NCBI GenBank assembly: GCA_965195345.1
Contig: OZ239628.1
Coordinates: 736,001 to 800,000 of the forward strand
Reading direction: 5' to 3'
Origin: an uncultured Thiomicrospira sp.
GTDB taxonomy: Bacteria > Pseudomonadota > Gammaproteobacteria > CAKMZV01
Length of the DNA: 64,000 nucleotides
Under the pieces are notes generated by a model that saw only the letters and a program-made list of their open reading frames with translations, had not been told where the DNA came from and ran no database searches. Positions 30,387 through 39,384 of the stretch are shown here, piece after piece. A program made the position numbers and the translations under genes. Each line of letters starts with the position of its first letter. Position 1 is the stretch's first letter.

Positions 30387-30625
30387 AATTTAGATAGCTA
30401 AAAGGCAACTAAAGTTGCTTGATTAATCCACCTTTATGTATTCATCGGGAAGGCAGGCATACAGCTTTTCTGCTTACCGCTTATTGCTTTAAATGTTATA
30501 AACTGCTTGCATTTTTTTTCATGCTTTAATTTATAATAAATCAAGTGTCACAGTGCAAAATATGAGCTTTTATCACGCGCATAAACTGTGGTGGTAATTT
30601 AATACATACAATAGTTGGGGCTATA
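30387..30625 (+). repeat. Conserved inter-adhesin spacer, copy a (hairpins, TATAAT at 30532, leader)
   Basis: Aligns by eye with the other spacers: GCAACTaaAGTTGC, CAGCTTTTCTGCTT, CATGCTTTAATTTATAATAAATCAAG. Confidence 0.9.
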
Positions 30626-33600
30626 ATGTTATTTGATATGCATAATATAAAACGGTGGTTGTTTTTGTCTTTGTTTGTTTTTCTATCTGCCTGCGGTGGT
30701 GGCGGTAGCGGTGATGGTGGCGACACAACACCTCCATCTACTAATACAGCACCAAGTTTAAGTCTCTCTGCCAACGCCGTAACGCTTGATGAAGATTTTG
30801 GCACCTTTATCATCAACACCACTGCCACCGATGCAGAAGATGGCGTGCTTCCCGTTGCAGTGACTGGACAAGATGCCAGTTTATTCGCCGTAACCACTTC
30901 TACCGATCAGATAATACTTACCTCCGTTGCTAATGCCAACGGCATAGCCACACTTACAGTAAGCATTGTTGATAGTGGAAATCTCTCCGCTTCCACCGAA
31001 GTGGTGGTGGTTGTCAACGCCGTCAATGATACGCCCACACTTACCTTTTCAACCACTCAACTTAGTCTAAATCCAAATTTCATGCCTCAGACAATAGCAA
31101 CAGCAACAGACGTTGATGATGCTTCCTTGCTCCTAACCTTTGCACTATCTGCAACCGATGTAGTACAAATAACGACAGTTGCTAATCGGTTTATATTAAA
31201 TCCTATCACTAATGCTTTTGGCGAGACAACCATCACTCTAACAGCAACTGATAACAGCGGTAATCAGTCATCTCAAATTTTCACAGTGCGCGTTAACGGA
31301 TTCCCTACATTAGCCTTATCAGCGCAGCGTATCACTTTAGATGAAGATTTTGGCACCTTTATCATCAACACCACTGCCACCGATGCAGAAGATGGCGTGC
31401 TTCCCGTTGCAGTGACTGGACAAGATGCCAGTTTATTCGCCGTAACCACTTCTACCGATCAGATAATACTTACCTCCGTTGCTAATGCCAACGGCATAGC
31501 CACACTTACAGTAAGCATTGTTGATAGTGGAAATCTCTCCGCTTCCACCGAAGTGGTGGTGGTTGTCAACGCCGTCAATGATACGCCCACACTTACCTTT
31601 TCAACCACTCAACTTAGTCTAAATGCAAATTTCATGCCTCAGACAATAGCAACAGCAACAGACGTTGATGATGCTTCCTTGCTCCTAACCTTTGCACTAT
31701 CTGCAACCGATGTAGTACAAATAACGACAGTTGCTAATCGGTTTATATTAAATCCTATCACTAATGCTTTTGGCGAGACAACCATCACTCTAACAGCAAC
31801 TGATAACAGCGGTAATCAGTCATCTCAAATTTTCACAGTGCGCGTTAACGGATTCCCTACATTAGCCTTATCAGCGCAGCGTATCACTTTAGATGAAGAC
31901 TTTGGCACCTTTATCATCAACACCACTGCCACCGATGTAGAAGATGGCGTGCTTCCCGTTGCAGTGACTGGACAAGATGCCAGTTTATTCGCCGTAACCA
32001 CTTCTACCAATCAGATTATGCTTACCTCCGTTGCTAATGCCAACGGCACAGCTACACTTACAGTAAGCATTGTTGATAGTGGAAATCTCTCCGCTTCCAC
32101 CGAAGTGGTGGTGATTGTCAACGCCGTCAATGATACGCCCACACTTACCTTTTCAACCACTCAACTTAGTCTAAATGCAAATTTCATGCCTCAGACAATA
32201 GCAACAGCAACAGACGTTGATGATGCTTCCTTGCTCCTAACCTTTGCACTATCTGCAACCGATGTAGTACAAATAACGACGGTTGCTAATCGGTTTATAT
32301 TAAATCCTATCACTAATGCTTTTGGCGACACAACTATCACCCTTGCAGTATCTGATGATGATGGTGCACGCTCTTCTTCTCAAATTTTCACAGTGCGCGT
32401 TAATGCGCCCATTGCATCGACAACGCCTACGTTAGCTTTATCAACGCAGAACATCACTTTAGATGAAGACTTTGGTACTTTTATTATCAACACCACTGCA
32501 ACCGATGCAGAAGATGGGACATTGTCAGTAACCGTATCTGGACAGGCTGGCTTACTAACCACTAATGCTACTACTGATCAAATTACGCTCACTTCCGTTG
32601 CCGATGCTAATGGAACAGTTACGCTCAATGTGCGTGCTGTTGACAGTGGTGATCTTGCAGCCTCCACCGAAGTGGTGGTAATTATCAATGCCGTCAATGA
32701 TAGTCCTACATTGACGCTATCAACAACTAACCTCAGCCTCAGTGAAGATTTTGGCACATTCATCATCAACACCACTGCAAGTGATGCAGAAGACGGAGCG
32801 TTATTAGTGACCGTATCTGGACAGGCTGGCTTACTAACCACTAATGCTACTACTGATCAAATTACGCTCACTTCCATTGCCAATGTCAATGGAACAACCA
32901 CACTCACTGTAAGTGCCACCGATAGTGACGCTATTACAGTCTCCACGGAAGTGATTGTTGTTGTCAATGCCGTCAATGATAGTCCTACATTGACGCTATC
33001 AACAACTAACCTTAGCCTCAGTGAAGATTTTGGCACTTTCATCATCAACACCACTGCAAGTGATGCAGAAGATGGTGTATTGTCTTTTACAGTATCTGGT
33101 CAAGATGCAAGTCTATTAACAGTTAGCACTTCTATCAATCAGATAATACTTACTTCTGTTGCTAATGCCAACGGAACAGTCACACTCACTGTAAGTGCTA
33201 CCGATAGTGATGCTCGTACAGTTACCACCGAAGTGGCTATCACCATCAACGCCATCAACGATACTCCGACATTGACTCTTGCTACAACAAATATTACCAT
33301 CGTTGAAAATGCCACTGCTCGTCAAACCATTTCCATTACTGATGTGGCGGATGTTGAGGGAAGCACACTTACTTTTTCAGTCATTGCCTCCACTTCTGTG
33401 TTTAGTAGTAATCCTACATCTGTAGTCTCCTTTTCAGACACAAGAATGATAACCTTCAGTAGACAAAGTACGACTGCTCAACTCTATTACACTCTACGAC
33501 CTGATAGCACAGGCACTGGCTTCATTCAAATTGCTCTAACAGATGGAATAGACACACAGGTTACAACTGTTACCGTGACTGTGACAGAAGTTAAAAATCC

Positions 33601-36600
33601 GCCCCAAATCACTCAAGACTTTAGAACACATCGCTTCTTTGATGCTCGTGCAACACGTGTAGGCGCTGTTGGAGGTGTCTTATTTGCAGCACGGGGTGTA
33701 TTCACTGGGTCGCTTGTATCAAGCTCAACAGATGGTACAGGGGATTTTAGCAATCAATTAAACTTTGCTCGCTCCTTAGGAGGGAGTTTGGCAGAACTGT
33801 ACACTGAGGAAACATACAATGCTTTATTGGGTTCTGTTTTGGTTGCTAATGGCGCTGCAACAGTAGGCTTTGATGATGATCGTTTTTGGCTTGGGCTCAC
33901 TGAAATACCCAATACTTTTGGCGCTTCTGTGCCAGATCAATCAGCATCAGATGATCGTTATTTTTGGTTATCTGGTCAACGGGTGTCACAAGGATTAGGC
34001 GCTGCTCGTGTAGACGTCCCAGGAGTATACATAGGTTGGGGGGCATCCGCCCCAGGTTCAGGTAGTCAGCCATGTGCGGATCTGATTCTTGGTGAAGAAG
34101 TGCCTGTAGGGTTCAGACCTTGGGCAAATGAAAGATGCGATGGATCGTCATTTGCTTTTTTCGATGCTCTAAAAGCGTTGATGCAGTTCCCAAATGGCTT
34201 ACCTACTACCTCCTCAATGGTTTTTCAAGCAAGGTCAGTAATCACACGTATTCGTTTAAGTGGTTATGATCTTGATGGTTCAGATAATGCACTATCTTGG
34301 CAAGTCACCGATGCATCTGGCGGTAGTATCACCACTTCCACGGTTTATAGCAGTACTGGCGCACAAACCTTAGAGATTGCTTACACCCCTGTGAGCAACT
34401 TTTCAGGCACTGCCACCCTTGTTGTAAGCTTAGATGATGGCGATAGTGCTACACAAAATAGTACTGCTCGTGTATTGGTGGTTAATAGCACACCGACTTT
34501 AACACTCTCAACCAATGCTGTCAGCTTAGATGAAGACTTTACCAGCTTCGTCATTAACACCACTGCAAGCAATGCAGCAGGGATAATTGACTTTAGTGTT
34601 AGCACAGGAAATGGCATTGTTCTTGTAACCACCTCTGCTAATGCAATTACACTGCAATCACTTCCGAATATAAATGGTACTGTAACCTTAACAGTCGTTG
34701 CGAGTAGTGGTCTTTTGACAGATACACAGACGATTAGCGTTGTGGTTAATCCAGTCAACGACACCCCCACGCTGTCTTTATCTGTGACGCAAAGGGTGCT
34801 TGCTCAAAACTTTGGCACTTTCGTCATCAACACCACTGCAACCGATGTGGAATCAGGCACATTGGGCTTTAGTGTCAGTACAGGTAATGGTATTGTCAAT
34901 GTAACCACCTCTGTCAATACGATTACTCTGCAATCACTCGCCAATGTCACAGGCGATGTGACGTTAACGGTTAGCGTAAGCGATGGACTATTGACGACGA
35001 CACAGTCCATTTTTATAACCGTTAGCAGGGCGGTGACGCTTGAAATATCCACAAATACTATTGTTTTAGATGAAGATTTTAATACCTTCATTATTAACAC
35101 CACTGCAACGGTTGCAGATGGGTCTACATTACCTATTTCAGTATTGCAGAGCACGCCTAATCTACTTGCATTTAGCACCATAACTGGGCGCATTACCCTT
35201 TCATCTATTGCGAATGCTAATGGAGTAACAACCCTTACCGTCAGTGCAACCAATCAAGGTGGATTAACGAACACGACAGAAGTGGCCATTACCATTAATT
35301 CCATTAATGATACTCCCACGCTCAGTTTATCAAATACAAACTTAACCTTGGCACCTAATAGCACTGGTTTGATAACTGCCTTTGGTGCGGATGTGGAAAC
35401 AAGCAGTGCCTCATTGGTCTATTCGGTGCAACAAAATCCATCTTTGTTACAAGTGAGTACACAAGGCAATGTCATCGTGCTGAGATCGAGTGCTACTGCA
35501 GGCTCGACCACTTTAGTGATAACCGTTACTGATGGCGGTAACTTAAGTGCTTCAGCAACCGCTCGAGTTACTGTTCTCTCTAATGTTTTGAATTTCGCGT
35601 TAAATGTTAAACGCATTGATTTTTCTTGGAATACATCCCTTACAGCAAATCATTACCGCATGCTTAGCAATGTCGATTTGAATGCTGGTGGTGGTTTTGT
35701 TGATGCCAGTAGCGCAAGTTTGGTGTTTGTACCGAATAGTACGAACATTATCAATACTACAGTCTCTGCGATAGTGGATGTAGCACGCTATCTTTCTACG
35801 GCTAATGGACCACAGTATCTGCTAGAAGCTTGTAGTAGTGTGGATAATTCAGCCTGTGCTAATCATGCACTACAAACTTTGAGCAATGCCCAGTTAGAAG
35901 GGTTGATTGGTTACTTCAAAGCATCTAACACAGGGGGTAGTGATCAATTTGGCACAGCTCTAGCAATAAGTGGTGATGGCAACACATTAGTTGTCGGTGC
36001 ACCATTTGAGGACAGCACCGCCACTGGCATCAACGGCGATGAAGTAAATAATAATTCAACTAACACTGGTGCGGTCTATGTTTTTGTGCGTAGTAGTACG
36101 GGCAGCTGGCGTCAACAAGCCTACGTCAAAGCCTCTAATACAGAAGCCAATGACCGGTTTGGTACAGCTGTATCGATAAGCGATAATGGTAATACGCTAA
36201 TTGTTGGTGCATTTGGGGAGGACAGCACCGCCACGGGCATCAACGGCGATCAATTAGATAATTCTGCAAGTGACTCTGGTGCAGCCTATGTTTTTGTACG
36301 CAACAGTGCCGGCACATGGAGTCAACAAGCCTATCTCAAAGCATCTAATACAGGAGCTGGAGATGAGTTTGGCCGAGGTGTTTCAATTAGTGGTGATGGT
36401 AACACACTGCTCATTAGCTCAATTGGAGAAGACAGCAATGCCACGGGTATCAACGGTGATCAAACAAACAATTCTACAAGTAACTCTGGTGCAGCTTATG
36501 TTTTTGTGCGCAGTAGTACAGATTCATCATGGAGCCAGCAAGCCTACATCAAAGCTTCCAATACAGACGCAGGTGATAGTTTTAGCTCAGCTGTATCGGT

Positions 36601-37360
36601 GAGTGATGATGGTAATACTTTAGTTATTGGGGCATCTTTTGAAGACAGCACCGCCACGGGCATTAACGGCGATCAAACAACTAATAGTGCAAGTGCATCT
36701 GGTGCAGCCTATGTTTTTGTACGCAGTAGTACAGATTCATCATGGAGTCAACAAGCCTACCTAAAAGCATCAAATACAGGTGTTAATGATCAATTTGGTA
36801 TAGCTGTATCAGTGAGTGATGATGGTAATACGCTTGTAGTCGGTGCATTATTTGAGGACAGCACTGCTACTGGCATTAATGGTAATCAAACAAGTAGTGG
36901 TGCAAATGATTCTGGTGCGGCCTATCTTTTTGTGCGCAGCAGCACGGGCACGTGGAGTCAACAAGCCTACATCAAAGCCTCTAATACACAGGGTGGTGAT
37001 ACATTTGGTAATTATGTGGCAATAAGCGGTGATGGTAATACGTTTGTAGTCAGTGCACCGAATGAGGACAGCAATGCCACGGGTATAAACGGTGATCAAG
37101 GCAATGTGAGCGGTTTGTCTAACTTCGGTGCAGCCTATCTCTTTGTGCGCAGCAGCACGGGTACATGGAGTCAACAAGCCTATGTCAAAGGCATAAATCT
37201 TGACGGATTCTTCGGTAGTTTATTAAGTAGTGTGTCGATGAGTGATGATGGTAAAACGCTTGCTACCGGTGCACCTAATGACGGACATTCTGCACGTGGT
37301 ATCAATGGTGGTCCAATAGACAATAATGCAGGCAGCTCTGGTGCGGTGTATTTATATTAG
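30626..37360 (+). CDS. Giant surface lipoprotein/adhesin 2 (2244 aa), with lectin-like domain
   Basis: Same architecture; three 552-bp units (register 30788/31340/31892) and 279-bp units (32462/32741/33020); 7 blades. Confidence 0.9.
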   Translation: MLFDMHNIKRWLFLSLFVFLSACGGGGSGDGGDTTPPSTNTAPSLSLSANAVTLDEDFGTFIINTTATDAEDGVLPVAVTGQDASLFAVTTSTDQIILTSVANANGIATLTVSIVDSGNLSASTEVVVVVNAVNDTPTLTFSTTQLSLNPNFMPQTIATATDVDDASLLLTFALSATDVVQITTVANRFILNPITNAFGETTITLTATDNSGNQSSQIFTVRVNGFPTLALSAQRITLDEDFGTFIINTTATDAEDGVLPVAVTGQDASLFAVTTSTDQIILTSVANANGIATLTVSIVDSGNLSASTEVVVVVNAVNDTPTLTFSTTQLSLNANFMPQTIATATDVDDASLLLTFALSATDVVQITTVANRFILNPITNAFGETTITLTATDNSGNQSSQIFTVRVNGFPTLALSAQRITLDEDFGTFIINTTATDVEDGVLPVAVTGQDASLFAVTTSTNQIMLTSVANANGTATLTVSIVDSGNLSASTEVVVIVNAVNDTPTLTFSTTQLSLNANFMPQTIATATDVDDASLLLTFALSATDVVQITTVANRFILNPITNAFGDTTITLAVSDDDGARSSSQIFTVRVNAPIASTTPTLALSTQNITLDEDFGTFIINTTATDAEDGTLSVTVSGQAGLLTTNATTDQITLTSVADANGTVTLNVRAVDSGDLAASTEVVVIINAVNDSPTLTLSTTNLSLSEDFGTFIINTTASDAEDGALLVTVSGQAGLLTTNATTDQITLTSIANVNGTTTLTVSATDSDAITVSTEVIVVVNAVNDSPTLTLSTTNLSLSEDFGTFIINTTASDAEDGVLSFTVSGQDASLLTVSTSINQIILTSVANANGTVTLTVSATDSDARTVTTEVAITINAINDTPTLTLATTNITIVENATARQTISITDVADVEGSTLTFSVIASTSVFSSNPTSVVSFSDTRMITFSRQSTTAQLYYTLRPDSTGTGFIQIALTDGIDTQVTTVTVTVTEVKNPPQITQDFRTHRFFDARATRVGAVGGVLFAARGVFTGSLVSSSTDGTGDFSNQLNFARSLGGSLAELYTEETYNALLGSVLVANGAATVGFDDDRFWLGLTEIPNTFGASVPDQSASDDRYFWLSGQRVSQGLGAARVDVPGVYIGWGASAPGSGSQPCADLILGEEVPVGFRPWANERCDGSSFAFFDALKALMQFPNGLPTTSSMVFQARSVITRIRLSGYDLDGSDNALSWQVTDASGGSITTSTVYSSTGAQTLEIAYTPVSNFSGTATLVVSLDDGDSATQNSTARVLVVNSTPTLTLSTNAVSLDEDFTSFVINTTASNAAGIIDFSVSTGNGIVLVTTSANAITLQSLPNINGTVTLTVVASSGLLTDTQTISVVVNPVNDTPTLSLSVTQRVLAQNFGTFVINTTATDVESGTLGFSVSTGNGIVNVTTSVNTITLQSLANVTGDVTLTVSVSDGLLTTTQSIFITVSRAVTLEISTNTIVLDEDFNTFIINTTATVADGSTLPISVLQSTPNLLAFSTITGRITLSSIANANGVTTLTVSATNQGGLTNTTEVAITINSINDTPTLSLSNTNLTLAPNSTGLITAFGADVETSSASLVYSVQQNPSLLQVSTQGNVIVLRSSATAGSTTLVITVTDGGNLSASATARVTVLSNVLNFALNVKRIDFSWNTSLTANHYRMLSNVDLNAGGGFVDASSASLVFVPNSTNIINTTVSAIVDVARYLSTANGPQYLLEACSSVDNSACANHALQTLSNAQLEGLIGYFKASNTGGSDQFGTALAISGDGNTLVVGAPFEDSTATGINGDEVNNNSTNTGAVYVFVRSSTGSWRQQAYVKASNTEANDRFGTAVSISDNGNTLIVGAFGEDSTATGINGDQLDNSASDSGAAYVFVRNSAGTWSQQAYLKASNTGAGDEFGRGVSISGDGNTLLISSIGEDSNATGINGDQTNNSTSNSGAAYVFVRSSTDSSWSQQAYIKASNTDAGDSFSSAVSVSDDGNTLVIGASFEDSTATGINGDQTTNSASASGAAYVFVRSSTDSSWSQQAYLKASNTGVNDQFGIAVSVSDDGNTLVVGALFEDSTATGINGNQTSSGANDSGAAYLFVRSSTGTWSQQAYIKASNTQGGDTFGNYVAISGDGNTFVVSAPNEDSNATGINGDQGNVSGLSNFGAAYLFVRSSTGTWSQQAYVKGINLDGFFGSLLSSVSMSDDGKTLATGAPNDGHSARGINGGPIDNNAGSSGAVYLY

Positions 37361-37607
37361 AATTTAAATAGCTAAAGGGCAACTAAATTTGCTTGATTAA
37401 TCCTGCCATTATGTATTCATCAGGCAGACAGGAATGCAGCTTTTCTGCTTAACGTTTATTGCTTTAAATGTTATAAACTGCTTGCATGTTTTCTCATGCT
37501 TTAATTTATAGTAAATCAAGTGTCACAGTTCAAAATATGAGCTTCTATCTCATACATAAACTGTAGTGAAATTTTAATTGCATAATTGAGTACATAAGGT
37601 GAATGAT
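37361..37607 (+). repeat. Conserved inter-adhesin spacer, copy b
   Basis: Same blocks; the -10-like hexamer reads TATAGT at 37507. Confidence 0.9.
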
Positions 37608-37906
37608 ATGCGGTATATAAAGCGCTGGGCATTTCTGTTGTTGTTTGTTTTTCTGTCTGCCTGCGGTGGCGGTGGTGGTACAACACCTCCATCTACTAAT
37701 ACAGCGCCAAGTTTAAGTCTCTCTGCCAACGCCGTAACGCTTGATGAAGATTTTGGCACCTTTATCGTCAACACCACTGCCACCGATGCAGAAGATGGAA
37801 TGTTGCCTTTTACAGTATCTAATCAAGATGCCAGTCTATTCGCCATCACGCTTCTGAAGTTGAGAAGGGTCATGAGGAAGAAGTAGTTATCGCAGCTATT
37901 GAAGAG

Positions 37907-38161
37907 ATGACTGATAAGACTAATGATGAGATTGTAGCTACATGGAAAGCTAATGGTCTATCAGATGGTATCGTTGATTATATTGTTAAGCATTCAACAC
38001 CATCAGTAATGATTGATCTAGTATTCATCACACATCTATTCACATGTATTAGATGTAGTCATAGTTTCAGTAAAGGCTTTCTTCAAGGCTGGATTTCAGA
38101 AACTAATTGTACTAAATGTTATAACAACTATGTTATTAATGAAAGTTTAAAAGGAAAATAA
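37907..38161 (+). CDS. Hypothetical, probably fragmentary or chimeric ORF in the insert
   Basis: Frame is open back to the insert boundary (ASEVEKGHEEEVVIAAIEEM...), so its 5' end is missing. Confidence 0.35.
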   Translation: MTDKTNDEIVATWKANGLSDGIVDYIVKHSTPSVMIDLVFITHLFTCIRCSHSFSKGFLQGWISETNCTKCYNNYVINESLKGK

Positions 38162-38162
38162 A

Positions 38163-38540
38163 ATGAACACATTATATATTGACGTCCGTATTGACGAAGA
38201 CTTCAACCTAGACCCTCGGATGGTATTTGATTCAGTTCGTATCAAGCACACAGAGATTGACAAGTATCTTCCTCTATTGCGTGGCAAGAAAGTTATTGTC
38301 ATCTGTCAGGCAGGTCTCAAGCTAAGTCAAGGTACTGCTGGTATCTTGAACGCTCATGGTATTGACGCCACTCATCTAGTAGGTGGTTTCATTGGTATTG
38401 AAGATAAAGATGGTATGGAAGAAGCTCCAACTTATGAGTATGTAGCAGCAGCAGAAGGTACTGATGTTGATACTGATAAGTTAGTAGCATATGTAGATGA
38501 AGATCAGGTTGATCTTGTAACAGAAAAGTTTGGATGGTAG
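38163..38540 (+). CDS. Rhodanese-like domain protein (resembles the rhodanese domain of chromate-resistance ChrB/ChrE-type proteins) with an acidic tail
   Basis: IDVR.DEDF..DPR, VIVICQAGLKLSQG, L.GGF; SD AAGGA. Confidence 0.7.
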   Translation: MNTLYIDVRIDEDFNLDPRMVFDSVRIKHTEIDKYLPLLRGKKVIVICQAGLKLSQGTAGILNAHGIDATHLVGGFIGIEDKDGMEEAPTYEYVAAAEGTDVDTDKLVAYVDEDQVDLVTEKFGW

Positions 38541-38541
38541 A

Positions 38542-39108
38542 ATGATTGAACTAGTATTATTCCTATTGTTTATTATCGGTACTCCTGGTCCTGCTAATAT
38601 GATTTCAATGTTAGCTGCTACTGAGTCTGGTCTAAAGCAGACACTCAAGATGGTAGCAGGTATCGCTGTAGGTCTTGCGTTTCTTAGTGTAGTAGTAGGA
38701 TTAGGCTTCTCTACTATCCAGCAGTATCCTAATGTAGTCTTAGCCATGAAGCTAATCAGTGCTGGCTATATGATTTGGTTGTCTATCCAGGCTTGGAGAG
38801 GTAATGGTCATGCTCTACATGTAGAGAAGTATACATTCGTCAAAGGTCTATTCATTCAGCCTCTAAATCCTAAGGCTTGGGTATTCACTATCTTGGCTTG
38901 GAGCACATATTCAGCTGGCGTTAGTGCTGATGTTATGTGGCAGTTTGTAGGTGTAACAGCAGCATTGATGGGTGTGACATTTACTTCACAATCAACATAT
39001 GCTGTAGCTGGTTCATTGATGAACAGAGTTATGTCTAAGAGTCGTACACTTACTCGTGTATTGGTTGTAATGAATGTAGCTGTAGTTCTTTGGGCACTGA
39101 CACTCTAG
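38542..39108 (+). CDS. LysE/RhtB family translocator
   Basis: TPGPAN, YMIWLS, QPLNPKAW, about 6 TM segments; ATG 1 bp after the upstream stop. Confidence 0.92.
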   Translation: MIELVLFLLFIIGTPGPANMISMLAATESGLKQTLKMVAGIAVGLAFLSVVVGLGFSTIQQYPNVVLAMKLISAGYMIWLSIQAWRGNGHALHVEKYTFVKGLFIQPLNPKAWVFTILAWSTYSAGVSADVMWQFVGVTAALMGVTFTSQSTYAVAGSLMNRVMSKSRTLTRVLVVMNVAVVLWALTL

Positions 39109-39258
39109 AGAGGATTGTATGATTACCTCTACCAATCAGATTATGCTTACCTCCGTTGCTAATGCCAACGGCATAGCTACACTTACAGTAAGCATTGTTG
39201 ATAGTGGAAATCTCTCCGCTTCCACCGAAGTGGTGGTGATTGTCAATGCCATTAATGA

Positions 39259-39384
39259 TGCATGTTTCCTCATGTTTTAATTTATAATAAATCAAGTGTC
39301 ACAGTGCAAAATATGAGCTTCTATCTCATACATAAACTGTAGTGAAATTTTAATTGCATAATTGAGTACATAAGGTGAATTGAT
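39259..39384 (+). repeat. Partial inter-adhesin spacer, copy c (3' half only)
   Basis: Starts at TGCATGTTTCCTCATG; TATAAT at 39283; the upstream hairpin half is missing. Confidence 0.88.

Larger units (their letters stand above)
37851..39124 (+). other. Foreign 1274-bp insertion within adhesin 3 (boundaries +/-1 bp)
   Basis: Abrupt loss and exact resumption of adhesin homology; codon shift (Leu CTA, Val GTA, Lys AAG, Gly GGT). Confidence 0.85.
37608..39280 (+). pseudogene. Adhesin 3 remnant: lipobox plus one stalk repeat, split by a 1274-bp insert and truncated by deletion
   Basis: 37608-37850 (...SLFAIT) and 39125-39262 (TSTNQIMLTS...NAINDA) rejoin in frame; the frame then runs into spacer sequence and stops at 39278-39280. 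Confidence 0.85.

Noticed and set aside
30514-30541. dif/pdif-like site (TTATAATAAAT resembles the XerD arm)
   Set aside because: The XerC arm does not match; a -10 box in AT-rich DNA is the simpler explanation
30545-30600. c-di-GMP-I riboswitch in the adhesin leaders
   Set aside because: Only superficial similarity (CACAG..GCAAA); lacks the GNRA tetraloop/receptor and second stem
37599-37886. 95-aa ORF as an intact gene
   Set aside because: It is the adhesin 3 5' fragment reading 11 codons into the insert
37851-39124. IS element, group I/II intron or intein
   Set aside because: No transposase, RT or homing endonuclease, no terminal repeats, no GUGYG/AY ends, and the host frame is stopped
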